A stretch of 64,000 nt of DNA, taken from contig JAIVFI010000025.1 in NCBI GenBank assembly GCA_025558095.1, positions 1-64,000 of the forward strand. The letters are read 5' to 3'. Shown piece after piece: positions 1-11,727 of the stretch (position 1 is the stretch's first letter; each line of letters opens with the position of its first letter). The position numbers and the translations under genes were made by a program. Below the pieces are notes generated by a model. It saw only the letters and a program-made list of their open reading frames with translations, made no database searches and was not told the DNA's origin. This stretch comes from Hyaloraphidium curvatum SAG 235-1 (Eukaryota > Fungi > Monoblepharomycota).

Positions 1-1415
1 CACTTCTTGGGGGCGCCGTAGATTTCCTTGGGGAACATGGCGATTCCCACAGGCAGGTGGGGGCGTACGCGGCCGCGAGGAAGGTCCCGAAGTCGTGCTT
101 CATGGTCTCGTAGTAGAGGCGGGTGGACGAGGTGATGGCGTTGCTGCGGACGCGCGGCGGGGTGAGATGCGGGCCGGCGACGGGAGCGGCAGCGGGGCCC
201 ACTTGACGTAGTAGATCATGACATTGGTCAGGAGCCTGTCGGTCGAGATGGTGGGCGGGAAGTCCTTCTCCCCCCTCAGATCGGTCCACCCGTGGAACTT
301 CTCCGCGATCCAGGCCAGAACCCCCACGGGCGAGTCCGAGAGCCCGTGGCCGAGCGTCTGCGGCTTGGTCTGCTGGATGCGCTGGTACCCCGTCTCCTCC
401 TCCGCAAAGTGCTGCATGGCGCCGAGCATCTTCTTCTCCGCGTCGGTGAAGCCGGGCATGTCGGCGGCGATGGTCTCGGGGGAGGGAGGGGGCACGATGA
501 CCATATTCAGCTGGCGTTGGCGATGGGAGGGGAGGGTGAAGGTGAGGGGGGGGGGGGGGGGGGGGGTCGGTGAGGGGAGGGGGAAAGAGTGAGGGGACGG
601 CGGCGGGGTGGGACGGGAGCGGCGCCCCACGTGGATTCGCGCCGGCAGTTCTCGTGGTGGAAGCCCCGACGGCACTGCGAGATGATGGCGCCCCCAGTCG
701 CCGCCCTGGGACAGTACTTGGTGTACCTTTCGGGGACCGGATCAGTAGCTCTCACCGGGCCAGGCACGAGCCCGATACCCCACCCAGCCCGCCCATTAGC
801 TCGTTGAGAGTCTTTGCCATCTGCCTGATCCCCGAACCCTTGACCTTGGGGGCGCTGCCCGTCGTCCGGGGAGGGATTAGCATCGTGCCCGGAAGGCCGA
901 CCTCGCGCGGGGGGCCCACCTCGAGAAGCCGTACCCGGGGAGAGACGGCACCACCACGTGGTAGTCCTCCAGCTTCGCGAATCAGCTCGTGGAACTCGTA
1001 GAAGGAGCCCTGTATGAGGTGGGGGGCATGGGAGACACGCGTCGGTGTCAACCAAGCGCGCCGGGGGGCCGCGGCGGGCGCCGGGAGGGGACCCCACCGG
1101 CCAGCCGTGGATAAGCAGCAGCGGCACGGCATCCTTCTTGGCCGACGGCTTGTGGATGAAGTGCACGTCGATCCCGTTGGCCTCGGCCTTGAAGTGCGGG
1201 TGCGCGTTGAGCTCGCGCTCGGCCCTGCGCCAGTCGTACGACTTCCACGCCTCGGCGAGCTTCTTCACGACGCTCGTGGGGATGCCGTACTCCCAGCCGG
1301 CAAGCTCGTCGGGGATCGACGCGTCGGGCCAGTCGGTCAGCTCGAGCTTCTGCTTCAGCCGGTCGAGCTTGGCGTCGGGCACCGCGATGGTGAAGGGCTT
1401 CGGGGAGAGCGGCAT
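1..1415 (-). pseudogene. Mirror copy of the epoxide hydrolase, cut off at the window start and frameshifted (probably low-quality sequence)
   Basis: Same N-terminus as 32290+ (MPLSPKPF...HGWP). Indels versus the intact copy, e.g. ttcgcgaatc vs ttcggaatc near 978, an inflated G run at about 546-567, and a broken QGGDWG motif. Confidence 0.8.
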
Positions 1416-1787
1416 CGCGGGGCGGGTGGCGCGGCCGGACGGCGGGAGGGGCCGCAGGACGTGGGTGAGCTCGCGTCGGGCGGACGGAAGCTTGCCGCCG
1501 TGGTGGGGCTATCCTACGTTGTCCGCCGCTACATGAGCGCAACCTCCGTCCGTCAACCTTCCCATACGCCATACGCGAGCATTGCCATTGCAAATCCAGT
1601 CGGGTGTCCCGGCGCGGCGGGGTCCTGGTTTGGCATGCCGTCCAGGCGCATCCCGGTCACCACGCGCTAGCTAGATCGCCGGATCGGCATCCCGCTGCCC
1701 GGTCCGTCGAAAGCGGTCCGGAGCGAGACAAGCGACGGACGGGCCCGAACGCCCCCGTACAGCGGCGGCAGATGCCATCGTCCGCGC

Positions 1788-3074
1788 TCACTCCACCATC
1801 GGCCGCCTCAGGTTGAAGTGCTTCTCCTCCCTCCGCTTGACCCACTTGTTGGGCCCCACCTCCACGATGGCGTTCCAGTTCGGCACCGCGACCCTCCGTT
1901 CGGTCCACCCGACCTCCCGCGCCCCGTTCTCGGTCACGTTCAGGTACCCCGTGTCCGTGACGTACTTTGCGCACACCTCGCGCCGCCGGGGGGCGGGTGG
2001 CCGGCCGTAGTGGACGGTGGCGTTCGTGGCGTGGCGTTCCCGGAAGAAGCACGCCTCGCCCTTTGCGCAGCAGTCCAGGAAGAACGGGCTCGGCCCGAAC
2101 TCGGCGCGCTTCCATCCCCCGAGGGGCTTGGTGGCGTCTACGAACAGCTCCAGCATCCGCTCGCCGTTGAGCAGCGTCCGGCCGGGATCGACGGCCGCGA
2201 TGGCGGCGTCCATGGAGCCGTTGAGCATGTGGTCCCATTGCGAGAGGAACCAGTCGGCCATGTGCCGCGGGAGGAAGGCGTGCCGGTCGTTCAGGCCGCC
2301 GTAGGCGTCGTTGGTGGTCGTCCACAGCGTGTCGGGCCGCGAGGCGAGCAGCGACAGGGGCGGGTACGGCCCGACGTGGACCAGCTGCAGCCGTGTCCAG
2401 ACGACAAAGTCGTAGCGGAAGGCGCGGCCCAGCTCGGCGGAGCGCTGCTGCTCCCCCGCGCGGATGGCGTCCAGGCAGCGCCGCCGGGCCAGCACCGAGG
2501 GCAGGCTGGCGCCCGTCGCGTTGAACGCGGGGCCGATGGCGTTCTCGACCTCGCCGAAGCGGCGGAGGAGGTCCAGGGTCGTTTTGGACGCGCCGGCCGT
2601 GATGAGGTCCGTGTAGCCCTTTGAGGTGGTCATGGGCGGCACCTCGACGGCCATGAGCCGGCCCCAGCGCTCCCCCGACGACGGCAGCCCGAAAATGGGC
2701 GACGCCTCCATCCACTGCCGCGTCTCGACGTCGAAGGCGCGCTCCTGCCTCGAAAAGTCCGCGTCCCTCGCCAGCAGCGCCTCCAGCACGCCCTTGAGCG
2801 GCCCGGGCGCGTCGCCCGGCGGCGGGAACAGCCGGTGGTGCGTCACGACGGCGTACACGTCGGCGTCGAGCGGCTCGAGCAGGTGCTTGTGGAGCAGGTC
2901 GGCGTGCGCGAGGATGTTGAGCCGGAAGCCGTCGGTGCCGCACACCGCCACGCGCGGGTGCGCCGGCGGGCGGTACGCGGCGGGCGCGGCAAACAGCTGC
3001 CAGAATAACGCCAGCGCGCCGCCGACCTGCAGCGCAAACAGCAGGTTGCGCCGCGTGGGCGCGGGGCACCGCAT
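1788..3074 (-). CDS. Type II membrane glycosyltransferase-like protein (mirror of 30631-31917)
   Basis: ORF translation identical to the arm-2 copy. Confidence 0.7.
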   Translation of the reverse strand: MRCPAPTRRNLLFALQVGGALALFWQLFAAPAAYRPPAHPRVAVCGTDGFRLNILAHADLLHKHLLEPLDADVYAVVTHHRLFPPPGDAPGPLKGVLEALLARDADFSRQERAFDVETRQWMEASPIFGLPSSGERWGRLMAVEVPPMTTSKGYTDLITAGASKTTLDLLRRFGEVENAIGPAFNATGASLPSVLARRRCLDAIRAGEQQRSAELGRAFRYDFVVWTRLQLVHVGPYPPLSLLASRPDTLWTTTNDAYGGLNDRHAFLPRHMADWFLSQWDHMLNGSMDAAIAAVDPGRTLLNGERMLELFVDATKPLGGWKRAEFGPSPFFLDCCAKGEACFFRERHATNATVHYGRPPAPRRREVCAKYVTDTGYLNVTENGAREVGWTERRVAVPNWNAIVEVGPNKWVKRREEKHFNLRRPMVE

Positions 3075-3202
3075 TCGGGTTGCTGGCAAAGTGACCCGCG
3101 TCCCTCCGACCCTCCCGCTACCCCAGCAGTCACATCTGAAACATGGTACGAGACATGGATTGAGGGCGCCCTAACATCATTGTCTGCACCGGAAAGGGCC
3201 CG

Positions 3203-3436
3203 CTAGCGCCTCCCGCATGTCCCGCCGCCCCCCGCAGCGTCCGGTTCGGACACCGTTACGGTAACCACCGCGACCACCGTCGTCCGCGTCGGCTTCGGGA
3301 AGCCGGGGTCGAACGGGAGGAAGAGCGCGAGGACGAGACCGACAAGCGAGAGCAGGAGGAGGTACGTGGTGGTGCCTCGGGCGGGTTGCGCAGAGAGGGA
3401 GACGGCGCGCCGGCGCAGGTCCGAAGTGTCGTCCAT
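3203..3436 (-). CDS. Small single-TM protein (mirror of 30269-30502)
   Basis: ATG-started 77-aa ORF with hydrophobic stretch YLLLLSLVGLVLALFLPF. Confidence 0.35.
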   Translation of the reverse strand: MDDTSDLRRRAVSLSAQPARGTTTYLLLLSLVGLVLALFLPFDPGFPKPTRTTVVAVVTVTVSEPDAAGGGGTCGRR

Positions 3437-3744
3437 CGGATCGTCCCGGCTTGCAGCTGCAGATGAAACTGCAACCGGGGCAGAGCGGTACGGGCAGGAG
3501 GACGGGGTTTGTCCGAGTCGTAGTCGGGGGCCCTGCAATGGAGTCCGATTTGGTGACGTGGCCCTGGAAGGGAGGACGACCCAAAACCGCATCGCAAAAC
3601 TGATCGATCCACAAAGCACAAAGCCCGTTACAAGCAACTGTCGGACCCGGCATATTTTTCAGCCTCGCCACGCGCCAGCAGCACACCGCACCGCACGACC
3701 ACGCCGCTCCTCTCCACGCCCACTATTTCCTTCCCACCCTCATA

Positions 3745-6323
3745 CTACCGAATGTACCCCTGGAACGCCCTGTCCCCCGCCATCGCCGCCCGCGCAAACG
3801 CCACCGGCATCTCCGCCCCCGGCCCCGGCTCGCGCGCCTCCGCGGGCACCAGGTCGTCCGCCATGGGCACCGGCTCGGGATCGGGCAGCGGTTCGTCGCC
3901 CGCCGGGGCCGGGGGGGCGGAGATGCCGGCGGCCGCGACGGCGGCGTGGAAGTCCTTGGCTGCCTTCAATGCTGCAGGGGAGCGTCAGCCCGGGCCGATC
4001 CCATGGGGCCGCACGGGACGTACCGAGCGGCCGGTAGGTCCACCCCACCACGTCCAGGAACCGCGCCACGACCCCCACCTCCTCCTCGTACCCCATCCCC
4101 GCCGCCCCGACCCTCACCGCGGCCAGCAGTATGTTCCCCGCCCTCAGCGCCGTGGCCACCTGGCTGAGGTGGCCCCACCGCAGCCGGGGATCGTCGGCCA
4201 TCTGCGAGCGCAGCATGCGCACGGCGACGGCGGCGCCTTCGAGCACCGAGAGGAAGGCGGGGGAGGAGAACATGTCGGGCGAGGCGCGCGAGGCGTCGCC
4301 CTCGAAGAGGGATTCCATGCGGAGCGAGTGGAGCATGGTCGCGGTCATGAAGAAGGAGTGGGCGTGGCCGCGGGAAGGAAAGTAGGCGGGCCAGGAGGCG
4401 AAGAAGGCCGACGCGTCGCCGGATTCGAAGAGCGGGCGGAGGGCGGGGGGGAAGGCGAGCGGGACGGCGGCGACGAGGGCGTCCACGTGCGCGTTCAGGA
4501 GGCGGTACGCCGTCTCGGCGGGGCGGTCGAGCGCGGGGTCCTGGGTCATCAGGGCGAGCGGCGACACGCGGTGCGCGAGGGCGTGCGCGCGGAGGCGGTG
4601 CTTTAGGTGGCGGAGGAAGGTGCCGAAGACGAGGAGCGTGCCGCTGTAGGCCCGATGCGAGAAGGAGGAGCCGACGGCCTCGCGGACGGCACGCACGCGC
4701 TCCGCGTCGCCGACGTCCGAGGCGAAGAGCGGGGAAAAGTCGGCGACGGCCGGCGGCGCCGTCCCCGGCGTCCTGTACAGAACGTTGAACGCCTCCTCCG
4801 GGCTCGCCATGTCGAAGAAGCCGTCGTGCGCGGGGAGCACCATCGGCCTCGAAAAGTAGGGGAAGTAGGGCTCCCGCCCGCTCGTGTACCCCGTGAGGAT
4901 GTCCAGGCACAGGCACCCGATCCACGCGCGGGCCTTGGTCTCGCGCACGACCCACTCGTCCGCCGTGCGGGGCTCGGCCGTCAGCGCGTCGCGGTTGCCC
5001 CGCGCCGGGTCGGCGCACAGCGCGACGACGAGGTCCACGGTCCGCTCCAGCAGCGGGAACATCCTCGCCACGAGCCCCGACGGGATCCAGAAGTTGTACA
5101 GGAACAGGAGCACCAGCACGGCCTCCATGTCCGTCATGGCGCGGGAGCCCTCGGGCCGGCCGTAGTACCCGTTGAGCAGCATGTCCCGCGCGGCGTCGCA
5201 GTAGGCCCTCCCTGCGCGGATCCGGTCGGCGTCCGAGAGCCCGGGCACGTCGGCGAAGCGGGTGCCCAGGGCCGCCATGGCGAAGAGCAGCGCGTTGGGC
5301 TGGTGCGGCCCGAAGAGGGGGGAGCCGCGGGTCGAAGGAGCGAATGCGCGCTCGAAGGTGGTGCGGTGCACGGCGGGCGAGAGCGGGTGCGAGTGCGCCC
5401 AGTAGGCGGCGATGGAGGGCAGCAGGACGTCGGGGAGCGGTTGCGGGTCGAGGGAGAGCGAGCTCACGGGGCGGAGCGTCGTGGTGGAAGACGGGGCCCG
5501 CGGCACGGCGGGGAGCTGCGGCGGCCTGGGCCGCGGCCACGGCGCCGGGAGGGTCGACAGCGGTTCCGTCGGCGAGGCGAGGCCGCAGAAGGCGGCCTGC
5601 TGCCCCCTGGACAGGGGGCCGAAATCGCCGCCGGGCGCACCGTAGCTGTGCAGCGAGCCCGAGCTCACGACCGATGCCGCCACGGAGCCCGAGGCCAGGC
5701 CCGATCCCGAGGCGAACACCGATCCCGAGGCCGCGACCGATCCCGGGACCAGGGTGCCCGAGCCGTCGATGCCAACCTCCTCGTACTCGCCGTCCTCGTC
5801 CTGTCCCGAGCTCCTGCTGTCGGAGCCCGACGAAGGCGAGTCCTGCTCCGCGAGCTTGCCGGCGGCGGCGAGGGCGGCTGCCCTGCGGCCTGACAGCGCC
5901 CTGGACGAGCCTGCGGGGGCCGCATCGCCGCCGTCCGCGGAATCGGTCCCTCCAGAGGTCCGTGAAGATGTCCGCTCGTTATTCCCGGCCCCGGCGGGTG
6001 CGTGTGCCGTGCCGTTGTTCGTGGTCCGCCTCGCCCCCCCGCCGCCGGCCTTCCTGTGGCCGCCCGAAACCGCGTGGCCCTTGCTCGCGCGCTTCAGCCG
6101 CTCCAGCCGCCGCCGCGAAACGGTCGGGTCGGGCGGCCGGCAGTCGGTGCGGGCCAGCCGGGCACACCGCGAGCACGGCGGCGCGCCCGTGGGGTAGTCG
6201 CACCGGCGCTGCGGGGAATCGCGGTCAGCAAGGCTTCTCGAGGACATCGCAACCCGATAAAATCACCTTCAGGCTGAAACAGGTCGAGCAGCTCGGCAGC
6301 CGCGGATCCTCGGGCGCCGCCAT
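3745..6323 (-). CDS. Zn2Cys6 transcription factor (mirror of 27382-29960)
   Basis: ORF translation identical to the arm-2 copy; two introns. Confidence 0.85.
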
Positions 6324-7777
6324 GGTCGGGCGAGCCTAAACCGCCGCCCGCTCGCCGCCCTCGGCCCGTTCCGTCCGGCACCCTTCTCCCCGGCGTCGCC
6401 TCCGGCTGGCGGACGGGGGCGGCCCGGCGGGCAACCGAAGTGAGAGAAGAGCGGTGCTTCCGCCACCCGGCGACTCGGGACTCGGCCTTTGCGCCAACAA
6501 TCCAAAATGTCGAGGCAACCCTGGCCCACGGAGGCCTGCTCGCCGGCGCTACCCCGCCTCGGTCCTCTATGCCCCAGCACGAACCGTCGGCCCGGTGCAC
6601 CGGCTCGCCGCTCCGGCCGCGGGCGGTTAAAGCGCGCCGGGCCTGGGCATCCAGGAAGGGACCGCCCGCCGACGGTCTCCGCCGCGGCGCCGGGGGCCGA
6701 GGCCCGCGTCCCGCCGCCCCGGCAGTCGCGGAATCGGATCGCGGGCAGGGGTTGCAGTGGCCCGTGCGCGATTCTACTTGCCGGGATCGCAGGATGGGGT
6801 TGCGGTGGTTTCGCGCATCCCGGGTCCCGCCACCGGGTAGAGCTGCATCCGCATCGCGGGGCCCCCGAGGAGCGGCGAAGGCACGGAAACCTCCCATCGC
6901 ATCGCTCCGCCGCCCCGCGGCCGCGTCCGGGGGCGGAAACGCCGGCGGCCAGCCTTGCGGGTCGCGGGTCCGATAGAGTTGCCCGCCTCCCCGACGGCCG
7001 ACGCGCGGATTCGGCACAGCACGCGTCCGATCCCACCCCGATCCGCTTCGCGTCCCGTCCCGCGCCGGACAAGGGGGACGGCTGGTGCGTTCCCGGATTC
7101 CGTTGGGCCGGTTTCGCGTGGTGCCGCGGCCCGCGGATGCGCGGCGCGGGTGGTTCGGGCGCCCCACGGCGTGCCCAGGCCCGACGGCCAACGACCGGAC
7201 CGCTTCGCCACATGGAACCGTCGATCGATCCGATTTCTCGCGGCCCCGGTACCGCGGGCTTTCAAGTCAACGCCGCGCGCCCGGGTCCGAGGGTCGAGGC
7301 GGTCCCACGCGACCGAGCCGGCGGCACCGTCCCGTTCGCCTGCTTGCTCGGAACGGATCGCCGGCGACATTGGATCGGGCACCTCGGAACACGCGCAAAC
7401 GAAGGGATACGTACATCGGCTCTTCGGAGCGCCGCCTACAACGTCTAAAACCGTGTCGGCCGAGAAGGAAAGACACTTGCCGCAGGAGACCGGGAACCCT
7501 TCACAACCGCAAACCCCGACTCCAATCCGAAAAGCGCTCCGCCGCAGCGCATCGTCCATAATGCTCTCTGCAACGCATCATCCATAATCCTCCCGATGCA
7601 CGGCCCCGTCCGAGTCCCCCCCGACCGTGCCCATCAGAGCCTCCCCGCGAGGCATCCCCCGTCCCTCCCCCCCCGATCCCTGCCGCACCCCTCGCACCGC
7701 ATCCCCCGGCCGGCGAACATCCCCTCCGACGCCCTGCGGGGTTGGTCTGCCAGCAACGCCAACGCGCAGTTCCGCGT

Positions 7778-8179
7778 TCACAGGCGGGCGGAGGAGCTCG
7801 CCCTGCGCGGGCACGGCGGGCCGCACGGCGGGCCCGCCTCCGTCTCGTCCTCCGAATCCTCCGCCGCATCCTCGTCGTCGTCGAAAACCGGCACTGGAAG
7901 CGGCCTGCAGTACTCCACGTGGCACTCGACGCACAGCGCATTGTCCCCCGCCCTCGCACGGCGGTGCCCGCACGGCGACAGCTCCCCCAGCCACGCGAGC
8001 ATCGCGGGCGGGATGGCCGCGGCGAACAGCGTGCGCCGCACATCGACCCCGTTCCGCACGGCGGCGGGGAGGCTGCGGTTCGCGAGGGCGGGAAAGTCGG
8101 GCGCGGCGAACGCGGCAGGCGGTGCCGGGTTCGGCGGCGGCGCGGCGGCGGCAGGGCCGGGGCGGCCGCCGCTGCCCAT
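7778..8179 (-). CDS. Small C-x-H..C-x-x-C-H protein with acidic tail (mirror of 25526-25927)
   Basis: CGHRRARAGDNALCVECH motif followed by DDDEDAAEDSEDE. Confidence 0.5.
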   Translation of the reverse strand: MGSGGRPGPAAAAPPPNPAPPAAFAAPDFPALANRSLPAAVRNGVDVRRTLFAAAIPPAMLAWLGELSPCGHRRARAGDNALCVECHVEYCRPLPVPVFDDDEDAAEDSEDETEAGPPCGPPCPRRASSSARL

Positions 8180-9295
8180 TGCCCGTGGCGCGGCGCGGAT
8201 TCCGCCCGGCGGTCGCGGAGGGGTTGCGCAGACGGGGGGCGGAAGGCGGAGGATGCGCGGTCCAGGCCTCGGACCGCAGGCCGCCGCAGGGCCGGAAGTG
8301 CCTGCCCCGCGGGCCGCGGGGGCTCCGGGGACCCGCGGAGGCAGCGAAGGGAAGGCTGCGGGAAGTTTCCCGCCTCGATGCGGGGGCGGATGGGGCCTCG
8401 TTTCGGCGGGAGCGGAGGCGGCCAGTGACGACCCCGCCCGACCCGGCATCCACCGAACCCCGAACCAAGCGGATCAATGCGATCCCGTGCGGCACGGCGC
8501 ATCCTGGTCTCTGTTGGAAGTTTTCGCGCCGCCGCCCTGCGCTCCTGCGCGCGTCGCAACCGGCCGCCCGGGCCCAGGCGAAGCCGGGGCGGCGTCGATC
8601 GCTGGCGTTGCGTCCTGCAGCGCCGCAGGCCACGATGGACCGTGCATGGAAAGACGGCCGATCATGCAGCAAAACCCTATCCCGCCTCAAAGCCGTCCTG
8701 CACGGACGGATCGTTGGACACGGCCGCGTGTGGGTGAGGACGGGGCTGCTAGTCGAGCAGCACCACGTCAGGGACCGGGGCGAGACGACAGGAGAACGGG
8801 GGAAGGCCGGTCTAATGTCGGTGGCGAAGATAGTACAGGGTCCGCCGGCGGCGGCAACACAAAAAGTCCACGCCCGTCCCAAACCCACGTCCGTCGGTCT
8901 CCCCTGAACGGGCCGCAGGTCCGTTCACAGTGGGTGCCGGGGGAGGCGATCTCGGGTACTGTCGTAGCACCCCGATCGCACAACAAAGTCGCAGGCGAAC
9001 GTGGCGTGCGGCACCTCCGGACCGGGCAAACCGAACCGGACCCGGTAAACCGAGCAGCGCGAGCATATCTTTGTACCTCACTCGGTGCGCGGGGTGGTTG
9101 GAAATCTCGGCGGTGTCCTCGCCTGCCGTTCGCTTCGCGCTCCCTCCCATCAATCAATCGCCGGAGCATGGTCTAACGTCGTTCATCCCCCCTGGCGACT
9201 TTGGCGCGGTGTCGGCGGCCGTGGACCGCAGGGACAGTCATCCCGCCCCGCGTTCCAGCCCGCCCCGACCGCCCGCTCTTGCCCCGTCCGCTGCG

Positions 9296-10552
9296 ATGAG
9301 CGCCGTCCCCCGGCCCGGCGGTGGCCCCGCCCCGGACGCCGCGCCGCCGGGGGGACCAGGCGGGTCTGTGGACCGGGCGCCGTCGGGGCGCAGCGTGGCG
9401 GCCGGGTCGGTGGCGTCGTCGGCATCGGAGGGCGCGGCGCCCCGCGGCCCGACCGGTGCGGGGCCGGACGACGAGGAAGCCATTTTCAAGCACGGCCGGG
9501 CGCGGCGTAGAGCCTACAAGGACGTCGGGAGGGAGCTGGGCGTGGGCGTCGAGGCCCACGTCCGCGCCGTGCGCTGCGTCGCCACCAACGGCATATTTGC
9601 CCTCAAGAAGGTCATGAAACCCATGGGGCCGGAGCTGCCGGACATTCTGAGGGCCGCCAGGGCGCGGTGGGACCGCATCGCGCCCGTTGCCGCCTCCCAC
9701 CCGAGCATGCCCCGGTTCGTCGAGGGTTTCGAGTCCGCGGACGCCTTTTATGCGGTCATGGAGGTGCTCCCAGACTCGCTGGACTCGTTTCTCGCCCGGA
9801 GGGGCGGCCGGTTGGACGAGGGGGAGGCGGCGGAGGCGATGCGGCCGCTGCTCTCGGCGCTGGCGCACCTCCACGCCCACGGGATCATCCACCGGGACGT
9901 GAAGCCGGCCAACCTGCTGTTCAGAGAGCACGGCCGCCCGGGGACGCTCTGCCTCGCGGACCTCGCCAGCGTGTTCTGCTCGCCGCACCCTTCCCTGCCG
10001 GCCCTTGTGCCGCGGGGGCACAGGCAGGCCTTCCCGGCGGTGGGCACGCCGTACTACCTCAGCCCAGAGGCGGCGGCGGGCGGGCCGTACGATTGCAAAA
10101 CGGATTTGTGGGCCGCGGGGGTGGTGCTCTGCGAGATGTTGAGGGGGAGGACGCCGTTCGAGGATTCGGCGAGCATGGCGGAGCTGTTTGCGAGGGTGGT
10201 CGCGGCGGACGTGGACATGCCAGCGGCGGGGGAAATGCCCGAGGGCGCCCGCGACCTGCTGGCGAGGCTGCTCTCGCGGCACCCGGAGGGCAGGCCGTCG
10301 GCGGCCGAGGCGCTGGGGCACCCGTGGCTGGGCCCCGCCCGCGCCACCTCCCCGGATGGCGCCGACGCCCCGCCGACGCCGGCATCGCTGCCCTGGGAAC
10401 CTCCGACGGACCTCGCCGAGGCGCCGTGGTGGGCTGCGCAAGCGGTGCCCAAGGGCGGGCCGTTCCGGACCACGCTCGCGCAGTCGGGCATCCGCGTGGT
10501 GTGGGATCCGGGGGAGGGGGTGCTGCGCGTTGCGGAGGGGGGGTTTCCGTGA
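9296..10552 (+). CDS. Ser/Thr protein kinase, CAMK-like (mirror of 23153-24409)
   Basis: LGVGVEAHV, ALKKV, HRDVKPANLL, DLA, GTPYYLSPE, DLWAAGV motifs. Confidence 0.9.
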   Translation: MSAVPRPGGGPAPDAAPPGGPGGSVDRAPSGRSVAAGSVASSASEGAAPRGPTGAGPDDEEAIFKHGRARRRAYKDVGRELGVGVEAHVRAVRCVATNGIFALKKVMKPMGPELPDILRAARARWDRIAPVAASHPSMPRFVEGFESADAFYAVMEVLPDSLDSFLARRGGRLDEGEAAEAMRPLLSALAHLHAHGIIHRDVKPANLLFREHGRPGTLCLADLASVFCSPHPSLPALVPRGHRQAFPAVGTPYYLSPEAAAGGPYDCKTDLWAAGVVLCEMLRGRTPFEDSASMAELFARVVAADVDMPAAGEMPEGARDLLARLLSRHPEGRPSAAEALGHPWLGPARATSPDGADAPPTPASLPWEPPTDLAEAPWWAAQAVPKGGPFRTTLAQSGIRVVWDPGEGVLRVAEGGFP

Positions 10553-11104
10553 TCGGAACCGGCAACGGAGGGGGGGTTGTTACGGGGTGGTCGGTTCGGT
10601 GACGAGGGTTTGTGCGCGAGAGGAATGTGTGACTCAACCTCACCGCCCGTCCCCCGTTGCACCCCGCGCAGCGTCCGCGCCTTCCGCCGCACGCACCGCG
10701 TTCCCGCCCGTGCCAGAGAACTCACTCCCTCGCGCGGTCCCGCGAACCCGCTGGGCTCTCGGGAGGGGTTCCCCCTGTCGGCCGCGCCGACACGGCCCCG
10801 GCCCTTCCGCCCCCGCCGCCCCGACGTCCTTCCGCCGCCTTGGCGGCCCGCGCCGGGCCTGCCTCCCGCACGAGGAAGTGGGATGAGCGCATTGGCTAGC
10901 TGGCGACGGTGCCGCGGACGGATGGCCGGGGAATCCGCGCGTCCCGCAAGATCGGGTCGTCGGTGCCGATTCGGGTCCCCAAGGTGAGCTCGGGCGCCGG
11001 CGGACGGGGGAGGCACGGAAGAGGGCCGATGCATCCGCCGAGGTCGTCCGGAATTTCCACGCAGCAATGCACCTTGTTCGTGCGCATCCCCGTGCGAGCG
11101 AGGC

Positions 11105-11126
11105 GGGGGGGGGGGGGGGGGGGGGG
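11105..11126 (+). repeat. Poly-G tract (G22); mirror is C21 at 22580-22600
   Basis: Direct reading; accounts for the 1-nt offset between arms. Confidence 0.95.
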
Positions 11127-11727
11127 CGAATTTCGGGGGACGGGGGCGCCGACCCTCGCCGGCCGATGCCGCCGTCGCGGTCTCCCGCGCTCGAAGGCCG
11201 ACGGGGCGGGCCGGAGAAAAACCCGGGCGGTGCGGACGATGTATGGGATTGAACTGGGGGGTTGGAGGGGGTCGGGAGGCGGAGCGGAGCGCGGGAGGCG
11301 CTGAGGCGCGAGGAATGGTTCGGGCGGTGTTGGGTGGCGCAACACCACCGCCTCCAGCATCGCGGGGCGGGGAGGCGCGGCCGCCGTTCCCGTGCGAGAC
11401 GTGCACCGCCCGCGAGTCTCCTTGGATGCGGTTTGGCCCCCCGACGCGGGTCGGGGAGGTGCGTCAGGCGGCCAAGATCCCATCTGCCGGCCGATCGGCC
11501 GTCCGGCGGGCCTGGACCCGCCCCGCACATACGTCCCTCCGCCCCGCGTGCGCCCGATCCGGCCGGCCCGCCCTCCCGGGCGTTCGTCCAACCCTCCGAA
11601 TCCGTCCTGCGCACGGTCGGTGCCCGGCGTGCTGCGGGGCGCGAGAGCGGGCGGCGCGTCGGCACTGCGGCGACCCTGGAGGCGGGCCCCTGCTCCCGGC
11701 TGGTCCTCGGCCTTCAACACCCAAGCG

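Noticed and set aside
1-1415. Genuinely diverged epoxide hydrolase pseudogene
   Set aside because: Differences are mostly scattered indels and homopolymer inflation limited to the outer 1 kb of an otherwise near-identical arm, which looks like raw-read error.
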